Below are positions 1-8,317 of a DNA stretch of 64,000 nt, one piece after another. Position numbers and translations under genes: made by a program. The notes below the pieces were generated by a model. That model was not told the DNA's origin, did not search any database, and saw nothing but the letters and a program-made list of their open reading frames with translations. This stretch comes from Planctomycetota bacterium (lineage in GTDB: Bacteria > Planctomycetota > JAJSAM01 > JAJVHW01), in assembly GCA_965248445.1 (NCBI GenBank), contig CBDFJG010000004.1, forward strand, positions 1,600,001 through 1,664,000, given 5' to 3'. Position 1 is the stretch's first letter. Each line of letters opens with the position of its first letter.

Positions 1-1161
1 CCCGGTGCGGTAGATCCGCCCGAAGTCCGGGTGCTCGGGGAAGTGCTGGGCGGTCAACTGCGGACGGTTCAGATATCCGCGAGCGAGTCCGATGCCACCG
101 ATGCAGAGCTCACCCTCCACGCCGTCCGGCACCGCGCGCAGAGCGTCATCGACGACCCAGGCTTTCGCATTTCGCACGGGTCGTCCGATCGTGACCGGTT
201 TCGCTGCGTTCAGCGTGCCGCGCAGGCAGACCACCGCGCACTCGGTCGGACCGTACCCGTTCTCGAGTCGACGTCCCGGTGCCCATCGATCCACGACGTC
301 CTGTGGGATGGCCTCGCCCCCGGTGTACACGACGCGCAGATCCGGCAGCGCGCTCTGGGGGTCGTCGCAGCCGGTCGTGCGCAGCAGTGTCGGTGTGGGC
401 GCCAGGACGTTGATGCGCTCGCGCGCCAGCCAGTGCACGAGGTCGGGACCGAGTCGCACGGCGTCGTCGTCAGCGACCACGAGCGTGGAGGCGGCCGCGA
501 ACGCAAGCCACGTCTCCTCGACGGACGAGTCGTATGCGGGCGAGGAGCTGTGCAGGACGCGATCGTGCGTACCGAGGCCGAACACGGCCAAGTCGTCCGC
601 CACGAGGTTCGCGACGCTGCCGTGCTCGATCAGCGTCCCTTTGGGCCGGCCAGTGGTGCCAGACGTGTAGATGACGTAAGCGAGGCTTCGGGGAGTGAGC
701 CACTCGGGCTCGTCGACGCACTTGGCCGACGGCTCGATCTCGTGCACGTCGATCATCTCGGTGAGAGAGAGCCCCATGCGTCGCGCGCGATCGATACCGG
801 CGGCGTCGGTCAGCAGGGCGCCGGCGCCGCAGTCTTCCATGACGAACCGGAGCCGGTCGTCCGGGAACGAGCTGTCCATTCCGACGTATGCGCCGCCGGC
901 CGATAGCACGCCGAGTTGCGCGGCGTACAGATGGTGGGAGGCGCGTGGCAACAGGACTGCAACGACGCACTCGTCGGTGACGACGGCGGAGAGCCGTCGG
1001 GCGACGCCGTTCGCCAGCTTATCGAGTTCGGAGTACGTCACCGTCGCGCGAGCGGGGCGGCCGCGGCCCGGAGGCGTGTCTACCGCCACGTGGTCGCCGT
1101 GCAGAGCAACGCTCCGGGCGAAGAACTCGTGGAGCAGCCGCGGCTCTTCAGCCGTGTTCAT
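1..1161 (-). CDS. Amino-acid adenylation (NRPS A-domain) protein, Pls/PosA-like; runs off the window at its 3' end
   Basis: Manual translation from ATG 1161 (ATGA overlap with the SET gene stop): LLHEFF, TYSELD, AYVIYTSGTTGRPKG, AYDSSVEETWLAF, GGEA, NGYGPTE, GELCIGGIGLARGY, RIYRTG. Absent from the ORF track because there is no stop inside the window. Confidence 0.92.
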   Translation of the reverse strand, partial: MNTAEEPRLLHEFFARSVALHGDHVAVDTPPGRGRPARATVTYSELDKLANGVARRLSAVVTDECVVAVLLPRASHHLYAAQLGVLSAGGAYVGMDSSFPDDRLRFVMEDCGAGALLTDAAGIDRARRMGLSLTEMIDVHEIEPSAKCVDEPEWLTPRSLAYVIYTSGTTGRPKGTLIEHGSVANLVADDLAVFGLGTHDRVLHSSSPAYDSSVEETWLAFAAASTLVVADDDAVRLGPDLVHWLARERINVLAPTPTLLRTTGCDDPQSALPDLRVVYTGGEAIPQDVVDRWAPGRRLENGYGPTECAVVCLRGTLNAAKPVTIGRPVRNAKAWVVDDALRAVPDGVEGELCIGGIGLARGYLNRPQLTAQHFPEHPDFGRIYRTG

Positions 1162-1652
1162 TTACTGCGCTGCGCGTCCCACCACGACCTGAGGTGGTCG
1201 GAGAGATGCGGACGCAGACGGTCGCGCTCCTGGTCCGTGAGGTGACGAAATCCGGCCACCTCGGCCCCTTCGCAATCCTCGTGCTCGCACATGCACCGGA
1301 ACGGGCGCGTGATCTCATACTCGGTCGTGTTGTAGTCCAGAGTCACCTCATCCCACGGCCCGACGTCGCGAAGCGCGACGACCTCGCGGTCACGGACCGC
1401 AGCGTTCGGGCGGCAGGAGTGATTCAGGAACCGATGCGCATAGTCGTCCAGCTCCTCGTGGAGCGACACGCCGTCCGGGACATCTATGTGCCGGGCGACG
1501 TCGACCTGAAGCGAGTGAACGGAGGGGCGGTCACGTACGGTGCCGTGGATTCCCACGACCACCTCGCCGGCCGCGATCTTGTGCCTGGCGCGCACGGAGA
1601 ACACCAGGTCCGCCCGCACGATCGCGACGCGCGCTCCCATGTCGTCACTCAC
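1158..1652 (-). CDS. SET-domain protein (putative N-methyltransferase) with post-SET Cys motif
   Basis: RFLNHSCRPN, EVTLDY, CMC-x4-C motifs. Confidence 0.88.
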   Translation of the reverse strand: MSDDMGARVAIVRADLVFSVRARHKIAAGEVVVGIHGTVRDRPSVHSLQVDVARHIDVPDGVSLHEELDDYAHRFLNHSCRPNAAVRDREVVALRDVGPWDEVTLDYNTTEYEITRPFRCMCEHEDCEGAEVAGFRHLTDQERDRLRPHLSDHLRSWWDAQRSK

Positions 1653-1678
1653 CGGATCCCCCCGTCAGAGAGCCACTG

Positions 1679-2467
1679 TCAGAGAGTCGCCGCTGCTGCT
1701 GCGCCGACACCGATGGCTGCGAGTGTCGCAGCCGCTGCGATGGGCGTCCACCACCGCGTGGAAGCGAACACGGCGAAGGGCACCGCCAGAATGCAGACGA
1801 AGCTCAACTCGGGAACCGCGGCATGCGTTTCGAACCGTCCGCTCATGACGAGACCCGGCACGAGAACGGCGAGAGGAGCGACCGCACCGGCGAACGCCGC
1901 CGGCCCGCGCAGGAGGAGCAGTACGGGCGCGGTGGAGGCCGCGACTACGCCCGCAAGCTGGGCGAACTTGACGATCGCACAGCGTTCCATCAGCAGTGCT
2001 GCGCCGATGATCCAGATCCCGAGCACGAGTGCGAATCCGCGGGGCTCGGCGGTGGTGGCCGCGCGCTCGAGTACCGCCCACGCGAGCACGATCGCAACGG
2101 CAACGGCGCCCATCCACGCAAGCTGACTGTCTGCGAACGCGGCGTAATCCGGGACGAGAGACCAACCGGCGAACGCGGCCACACCGACGCGCAGTCCGAC
2201 ACGGATCGCACGCGGTACTCCGTCCGCAAACATGCCGATCCCCGCGCCCGCAATCGCGAGGCGGGGCAGCCAGTGCCACGCCCGCTCGACCGTGTACGAA
2301 GCCCATGGGAGCGCAAGCCAGGCGATCACGAACCCGAGCGCGACGGCGAACGCGCCGGCGGCCCGGAGTTGCTGATCGCGTGTGAACGCGCGGCGCGCCC
2401 AGAGACAGATCCCGAGCGCGATCGCCAGTGGGATGGCGGCTCCAAACACCAGGACCTCAGTGAGCAT
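1679..2467 (-). CDS. Multi-pass membrane protein, unknown function
   Basis: Several hydrophobic segments; tight operon spacing. Confidence 0.75.
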   Translation of the reverse strand: MLTEVLVFGAAIPLAIALGICLWARRAFTRDQQLRAAGAFAVALGFVIAWLALPWASYTVERAWHWLPRLAIAGAGIGMFADGVPRAIRVGLRVGVAAFAGWSLVPDYAAFADSQLAWMGAVAVAIVLAWAVLERAATTAEPRGFALVLGIWIIGAALLMERCAIVKFAQLAGVVAASTAPVLLLLRGPAAFAGAVAPLAVLVPGLVMSGRFETHAAVPELSFVCILAVPFAVFASTRWWTPIAAAATLAAIGVGAAAAATL

Positions 2468-2481
2468 CTGCCGGTCGGGCG

Positions 2482-3123
2482 TTAGCGCGTGCCGCTGAAC
2501 GTCGCGGCGATCGACACGTCGTCGTGCACCTTGTCGGGACCGTAGCTGATCCCGAACTCCTGGCGCTTGATCGTGAACTCGGCCGACACGGTGAGCGTCG
2601 GATCGGTCCAGGCGATCGTCGCGGGGAACGAGACGGACTCTGTCACGCCGTGGAGCGTGAGGTCACCGGTGACCGTGTAAGTCGCCGCGCCCTCGTCCCC
2701 GGCGACCGCAGTCGTCGTGAACGTGGCCGTCGGATACGTGTTCACCTCGAAGAAGTCCGGTGACTTGAGGTGCGCCGTCAGCTTGTCCGTGTCGGACCAC
2801 ATCGACGTGGTGTCGATCGACAGGGTGAAGCGGGTCGACGTCAGGTCACTCGCGACGAACATGATCTCGCCGGTGACCGTCTTGAAGCCCCCGTCGTGCT
2901 TGCCGTCGTCCTTCGTTCCGATCCAGTCGATCTTCGCGTTCTCGGCGGTGACGCTCAGGTTCACCGGGCGCTCAGCAGGCTCGGTACCACCGCCCGTTCC
3001 GCTTGTGGTGTCGCCGTCCGTCCCGCCTGCGGTCGTGTCGGGGGTGTCAGCAACGGTGGCCTCGCCGCATCCGGCGACGAGTCCGGCGGCTACCAAAATC
3101 AGCGTCGTCCACGCTCTGCGCAT
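2482..3123 (-). CDS. YceI-family lipoprotein
   Basis: Lipobox LVAGC; HDGGF, LTAHLKSPDFFEVNTYPTATF, GDLTLHGVT, IKRQEFGI; AAGGAG RBS. Confidence 0.9.
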   Translation of the reverse strand: MRRAWTTLILVAAGLVAGCGEATVADTPDTTAGGTDGDTTSGTGGGTEPAERPVNLSVTAENAKIDWIGTKDDGKHDGGFKTVTGEIMFVASDLTSTRFTLSIDTTSMWSDTDKLTAHLKSPDFFEVNTYPTATFTTTAVAGDEGAATYTVTGDLTLHGVTESVSFPATIAWTDPTLTVSAEFTIKRQEFGISYGPDKVHDDVSIAATFSGTR

Positions 3124-3224
3124 GTGCTTGCTCCTTCTCGTGACGTTCGATCCGGTACGTTAGCGCACGCGCCGCCGGGGGCATCCGGATCGCCGGGAGC
3201 GCGTTCCTCGGGTGGGGGAGGCTC

Positions 3225-3638
3225 ATGACGACGCGCGGATTCTGGGGCGCCGCATCGCGGCCGCTGATGGCGACGCTGGGGATGCTCTGCGTGGTGCTCG
3301 GCGTGATCGGAATCGCGGTGCCCGGCCTGCCGACGACTCCGTTCCTGCTGCTCGCGTCGTGGCTGTTCGCGCGGAGTTCAAAGCGATTGCGTCGCTGGCT
3401 GGCGGAGCACCGTCACTTGGGTCCCTACGTGCGTGCGGTGCGCGACGGCGACCTCTCCCGCCGGGCGGCTGCGCGCACGCTCGCACTCCTGTGGGCCTCG
3501 ATACTCCTCTCGATCGGCGCGCTGGCGTGGACGAACCGGCTCTCGTGGTGGCTTGGTTCCCTGCTGCTCGTATGCGCAATCTGCGTGAGCGGGTTCATCG
3601 CGCGGCGGGTGCGTTCGTCGCGCCCAAGAGAGGGGTAG
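3225..3638 (+). CDS. YbaN/DUF454-family membrane protein
   Basis: LGVIGIAVPGLPTTPFLLLASWLFARSS motif; GGAGG RBS. Confidence 0.88.
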   Translation: MTTRGFWGAASRPLMATLGMLCVVLGVIGIAVPGLPTTPFLLLASWLFARSSKRLRRWLAEHRHLGPYVRAVRDGDLSRRAAARTLALLWASILLSIGALAWTNRLSWWLGSLLLVCAICVSGFIARRVRSSRPREG

Positions 3639-3646
3639 CGCGGGGG

Positions 3647-4015
3647 CTAGTTCTTCTTCTTCTTCTTCTTCTTCTTCTTCTTCTTCTTCCGCTTCCGCTT
3701 CTTCCGGTCCTTCTTCTTGTCCCTCTTCTTCTTCCTGCGCTTGTCCCTCTTTGACGTCTTGTCCTTCTTCGGGGGGGACTCAGCAGCCGGGGTGCGGGCG
3801 GGTGCCGTGGCGGCGCGTCCCGCTCTCTCGCCGACGAGGACGCGCGCCGCCTCGATGAACGCCGCCGCTCGCTCCCTCGCGATGCCCTTCACCGGCTCGA
3901 GATCGTTGGGCGATGCTGCTGCGAGCTTCTGTAACGAACCGAGGCCCGCCAGGCGCAGCCGGCCCGCAAAGCGCTTCCCCAGTCCGGGCACGTCGGTCAG
4001 CTTTGCTCTACCCAT
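3647..4015 (-). CDS. Helix-hairpin-helix domain protein with very basic Lys/Arg C-terminal tail
   Basis: ATG 4015 after AGGAGG; LTDVPGLGKRFAGRL and LEPVKGIARERA HhH-like motifs; ends in K12-N. Confidence 0.8.
   Translation of the reverse strand: MGRAKLTDVPGLGKRFAGRLRLAGLGSLQKLAAASPNDLEPVKGIARERAAAFIEAARVLVGERAGRAATAPARTPAAESPPKKDKTSKRDKRRKKKRDKKKDRKKRKRKKKKKKKKKKKKN
3651..3689. repeat. (TTC)13 trinucleotide tract encoding poly-Lys on the minus strand
   Basis: Directly visible. Confidence 0.95.
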
Positions 4016-4198
4016 CCCGACCCTCCTGCGGCGCGTACCGGGGCACCCAATCCGAGTATCGTGGCCCCGCGGGGGCGGTTGCGAGTCCGGAGTCCGGCAG
4101 CCTCTACACGGACGTGAACGTCCGTTGTTCGTTTCCCCGGGCCGCGCTCTCGGGCGTCTCGCCATGCGCCGAGCAACCGCTGGTACTCTCCCCCCCCC

Positions 4199-5683
4199 TT
4201 GATCGACGACGACCCGGCCCCGCCAGAAGACCTGCCCGAGACTTCGCTGTCTGAGCTTCCGGAGCATCTCCGCGAGGCCTGCGAACGAGCCGGCTGGACG
4301 TCGCTGATGCCCGTGCAGAAGCGCGCGCTCCCGTACGCGCTCGCCGGTCGCGATCTGATGGTCCAGAGCCGCACCGGAAGCGGCAAGACCGGGGCGTTCG
4401 TCCTGCCGATTCTGGATGCGATCGATCCGTCCGTGAACGCGTGCCAGGCTTTGATCCTGGCCCCCACACGCGAACTCGCGAAACAGGTGGAAGCCGAGTC
4501 CTCGATGCTCGCCGGGGACTCGGGCGTGAGGACCGTGGCGGTCTACGGAGGCGCCGCGTACGGGCCGCAGCTCGAGGCGCTGGAGCGCGGGGCGCATTTG
4601 GTCGTGGGCACGCCCGGTCGCGTGCTCGACCACCTGATGCGGCGTACGCTGGAGCTCGACGAGATCGAGATCCTGGTCCTCGACGAGGCGGACCGGATGC
4701 TCTCCATGGGGTTCTACCCCGACATGCTGAAGGTGAAGAGCTACCTGCCGCAACGCGACGTCAACGCGTTCATGTTCTCGGCCACGTTCCCGCCGCACGT
4801 GATGGGGCTCTCGGGACTCTTCCTGACCGACCCGTTGACGCTGTCGCTATCGACGGACCATGTGCACGTGACGGACGTCCTGCACGTCTTCTACACGATG
4901 AAGTCGGTGCAGAAGGACCGCTGCCTGATGCGGATCATGGAGGTCGAGAATCCGACCGCTGCGATCGTCTTCTGCAACACGAAGCGCATGGTCCACTACG
5001 TCAACGTGGTGATGCAGCGGTTCGGCTGGGACGCAGACGAGTTGAGCGCCGACCTGAACCAGGGACAGCGCGAGCGCGTGATGCAACGGGTGCGCGACGG
5101 CAAGCTGCGCATCCTGGTCGCGACGGACGTCGCGGCCCGTGGCATCGACATCCCTGCGCTGTCGCACGTTTTTCAGTACGAGCCCCCGGCGGACCTCGAG
5201 GTCTACATCCACCGCGCCGGCCGGACCGGTCGTGCGGGAGCCAGCGGCCGCGCCATCACGCTCGCGTCGAGCGATTCGTTCGAGCGCATCTCGTTGAACC
5301 GCATCGCGAAGAAGTACAGCATCGACCTGCAGGAGAGAGAAGTGCCTTCAGAAGAACACGTCGCCGACCTGGTCTCGCAGCGCGTGACCGCGCGCCTGGA
5401 AGCCGAGTGGAGGACTCTCGGACAGCTCGAGCAAGAGCGCGTGAAGCGGTTCGTACCGCTCGCGAAGACGCTGGGTGAGATCGAGGACGAGTCCGTCCTG
5501 ATGGCGATGCTCCTCGACAAGTACTACCAGCAGACGCTGCAGGTTGACGGCGGTCCGCCGTCCGGCGGCGGAGACGGCGACGACGCCCCGCGAGACCGTG
5601 GCGGACGAGACCGTGGTGGACGAGACGGCGGCGGCGGAGGCGGCGGTCGGGGTCGTCGAGGCGGCGGGCGCTCGCGCCGATAA
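4199..5683 (+). CDS. DEAD-box RNA helicase with RGG-rich tail
   Basis: Q motif, SRTGSGKT, PTRELA, TPGR, DEAD, SAT, TDVAARGID, HRAGRTGRAG; start codon uncertain. Confidence 0.95.
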   Translation: MIDDDPAPPEDLPETSLSELPEHLREACERAGWTSLMPVQKRALPYALAGRDLMVQSRTGSGKTGAFVLPILDAIDPSVNACQALILAPTRELAKQVEAESSMLAGDSGVRTVAVYGGAAYGPQLEALERGAHLVVGTPGRVLDHLMRRTLELDEIEILVLDEADRMLSMGFYPDMLKVKSYLPQRDVNAFMFSATFPPHVMGLSGLFLTDPLTLSLSTDHVHVTDVLHVFYTMKSVQKDRCLMRIMEVENPTAAIVFCNTKRMVHYVNVVMQRFGWDADELSADLNQGQRERVMQRVRDGKLRILVATDVAARGIDIPALSHVFQYEPPADLEVYIHRAGRTGRAGASGRAITLASSDSFERISLNRIAKKYSIDLQEREVPSEEHVADLVSQRVTARLEAEWRTLGQLEQERVKRFVPLAKTLGEIEDESVLMAMLLDKYYQQTLQVDGGPPSGGGDGDDAPRDRGGRDRGGRDGGGGGGGRGRRGGGRSRR

Positions 5684-5793
5684 CTCCAGGGTCACGGCAT
5701 GCCAGTCGCTCAGGCGAGGGGTACGCTCAGACCGCAGCCCTCCAACCCGCGGCAGCACCCACGAGCTGCGGCGACCGACAACGGAGACTTCCA

Positions 5794-8265
5794 TTGCGAC
5801 GTCACAGCCGATTCCTCGCGACCGCCTCACTCGTGGCAGTGCTCTCCCTCGCCGCTCGTGCGGACGTCGATGCCGAGATCGACACGAAGGCCAAGGTGAG
5901 CAGCGAGCTCGCAGAAGGCGAGGTCGAGACGTTTCGCTTCTGGGCACCACGCGGATCGGTGCTCACGCTGACGCTGGCCGCCAAGAAGAAGGCGCCCCTC
6001 GACTTCGTCGTCGACATCGATGTGGATGCAGGAGAGGCACCGAACTTCAGGGACGCGAAGAAGTTCAAGGACACCGGCACGAAGTTCCAGGTCAAGGGAC
6101 TGGAACTGACGCAATCGGCGTCCTACGCCCTGACCGTTCGCTCCGTGACCGGCGCCGGTGAGTACGCACTCAAGCTGAAGGTGGCGCCGAAGACGAAGTG
6201 GTCCGACGTGTTGCTAATCGGGGCGGGTGAGACCGAGAGCCTCGGCTTCGCAGCGCCGCCCGATTCGGCGGTCACCCTCAAGGCGAAGGCCGCGAAGGGC
6301 AGCGCCGCAGATCCGCGCTTCGGGGACTTCGGCGGAACCGATCTCTCCGCTGAGGGCACGGCCAAGTCGGGCTCGCACACCGTCAAGACCACAGTTCCCG
6401 AGGGCGGGGGCGACGTGTCCGTCGACGTCACCAACATCGGCGCGACCGGCGGCGACGTGAACGTCAGCGCGACGGTCAAGGCACCGAAGGTGAAGACACA
6501 GAAGCTGGACGTGCGTCCGGCTGCCCTGGGCGAGGGCTCGGGAGACGAGAGCATCCTGGCGCGCACGATCGACGCAGGCGCGGGTGGTTCGGTCGTCGTG
6601 GGCGACGGCAGCGGCATCGACGGCGCCGGTGTGCTGATCGATCCCGATGCGCTGGACACCGACACGCGGATCAGCGTCAGCAGCGTCGATCAGCCCGACG
6701 GCCTCCCCGGCCAGAGCCAGGCCGGCGGGCCTTCCGTCGCGTTCGGGCCTTCCGGCGTCGAGTTCTCGAGCCCCGCGACGGTGACGCTCCCCTACGACGA
6801 CGGCATGCTCGCTGCGGACGCCGATCCGAACACGGACCTCAGCGTGCTGCGCGTCGAGGCGGATGGGACGGTCACCGAGAACGCCGTCAGCTCGGTGAAC
6901 ACCGGGGACAACACCGTCACGACGGAGACCGACGGCTTCTCGACGTTCGTGGTGATCGGTCCGAAGGGCACACCACGGATCGAGGGCAACGAGTATTGGA
7001 ACGTCTTCGTCGAGTTCGAGGTCGTCCCGGATCAGGCGGGCATGGACAGCCGCGGCCGTGAGGTCGACTTCGGCTACGGGATCGCGACCTTCGGCGCCGC
7101 CGGCGTGACGAACGACTTCGCGTGGGGCTCCTTCGACAACTTCGTCGACTGGGCGCACGATGACAACGGCAACGTGACCATCAATGGCGCAGCGAACGGA
7201 CTCGACGTCGAACCGGGCACCTGGGACTACGGCTCGGACGGGCGCTCGGTGGAGATCCGCTACGCGGGCGAGCCCGATGTAGATGTATTCGCTCTCAGCA
7301 AGGACGGCCGCTTCCTCGCTTCGCGCTTCGCCGACTCGCCGGGATCTACCGGGGTGGGGCTCGATCTGCTCGTGAAGAAGCCGGACGTGCCGTTCGCGTC
7401 CGCCGACGTGCCCGGCACGTTTTGGTTCGCGGGGATCGACGGGGGTCTCTTCGACGACGGCGGTAACGGACCGATCTGCATCGAGTACGAAGACGGATTC
7501 GGAACCGTGCAGTTCAAGTCGAACGGCACCGTGCGGGTGGACATCACGCACTTCTTCACGGACTTCGACGGACCCGGCGGCGCGTCGGAGAGCTTCGTCG
7601 AGAGGAACCGCGAGACGGGCACTTGGAGAATCGACGAGCAGCCCGGCCCGCTGCTCGGGTCGCTCGTTCTGCAGTTCACCGATGAAGACGGGCCGTCGAC
7701 GGTCCGCGTGATGCCGGGCTGCGACGGCAACGTCATGCTCGGGATCGAAGAGGGCTTCGATCCGAACGATGCCGGCTTCAGCGTGTTCGTACTCGTTCGC
7801 CAGGGCAGCGGTCTGAAGTCGGCTGATCTCTCCGGAGACTTCGGCATGTCGAGCCTCGACTTTGGCCCGAGCACGTACGCCGTCCCGAGTCTCTCCGTCG
7901 TTCCCGACTTCGACGCGTGTGTGAGCGACGGCCTTCTGCAGTTTGACGGATCGAACTCCGTCACACTGACGGACATCATCGCGCGGGAGGTGCGGCGCGA
8001 CGACTCGGCCGCGGGCGGGGTGTTCGTCGACCAGGTCGGCCCGCAGGACGAGGGCACCATCACGTTCTCGCTCGCCAAGAACGGGAAGGTCAGCGGTCAG
8101 GACGCGGCGCCGGACGACACTCGGTTCCTAGGAGCGTTGTCGCCCGATCGCGCTCTCATGGTCTTGACGGACGATCCGCGCGATCGGGTGGAGTTCGCGG
8201 TGCTCACGATCCTGTTCGAGCTGCCGCCGCTGCAGGGCGGGGGAACCATCGGTCCGAAGCGTTGA
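5794..8265 (+). CDS. Large secreted beta-rich hypothetical protein
   Basis: Signal peptide, Lys-rich N-terminal region, FGPSGVEFSSPATVTLPY segment, acidic C-terminal region. Confidence 0.8.
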   Translation: MRRHSRFLATASLVAVLSLAARADVDAEIDTKAKVSSELAEGEVETFRFWAPRGSVLTLTLAAKKKAPLDFVVDIDVDAGEAPNFRDAKKFKDTGTKFQVKGLELTQSASYALTVRSVTGAGEYALKLKVAPKTKWSDVLLIGAGETESLGFAAPPDSAVTLKAKAAKGSAADPRFGDFGGTDLSAEGTAKSGSHTVKTTVPEGGGDVSVDVTNIGATGGDVNVSATVKAPKVKTQKLDVRPAALGEGSGDESILARTIDAGAGGSVVVGDGSGIDGAGVLIDPDALDTDTRISVSSVDQPDGLPGQSQAGGPSVAFGPSGVEFSSPATVTLPYDDGMLAADADPNTDLSVLRVEADGTVTENAVSSVNTGDNTVTTETDGFSTFVVIGPKGTPRIEGNEYWNVFVEFEVVPDQAGMDSRGREVDFGYGIATFGAAGVTNDFAWGSFDNFVDWAHDDNGNVTINGAANGLDVEPGTWDYGSDGRSVEIRYAGEPDVDVFALSKDGRFLASRFADSPGSTGVGLDLLVKKPDVPFASADVPGTFWFAGIDGGLFDDGGNGPICIEYEDGFGTVQFKSNGTVRVDITHFFTDFDGPGGASESFVERNRETGTWRIDEQPGPLLGSLVLQFTDEDGPSTVRVMPGCDGNVMLGIEEGFDPNDAGFSVFVLVRQGSGLKSADLSGDFGMSSLDFGPSTYAVPSLSVVPDFDACVSDGLLQFDGSNSVTLTDIIAREVRRDDSAAGGVFVDQVGPQDEGTITFSLAKNGKVSGQDAAPDDTRFLGALSPDRALMVLTDDPRDRVEFAVLTILFELPPLQGGGTIGPKR

Positions 8266-8317
8266 TAGCGCGTTGAACAACTCGGCGGGCCACGATCTCG
8301 CGACTTGCGGCTTCGGG

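Noticed and set aside
3212..3754. ORF with a poly-Leu run
   Set aside because: Shadow frame of the antisense poly-Lys tract; overlaps the YbaN-like gene.
4164..4201. C9 homopolymer that could link ATG 4164 to the helicase (phase variation)
   Set aside because: A TG-TACTCT extended -10-like motif just upstream supports a start near 4199; no independent sign of slippage.
5591..5626. 15-bp tandem repeat
   Set aside because: Encodes the RDRGG low-complexity helicase tail.
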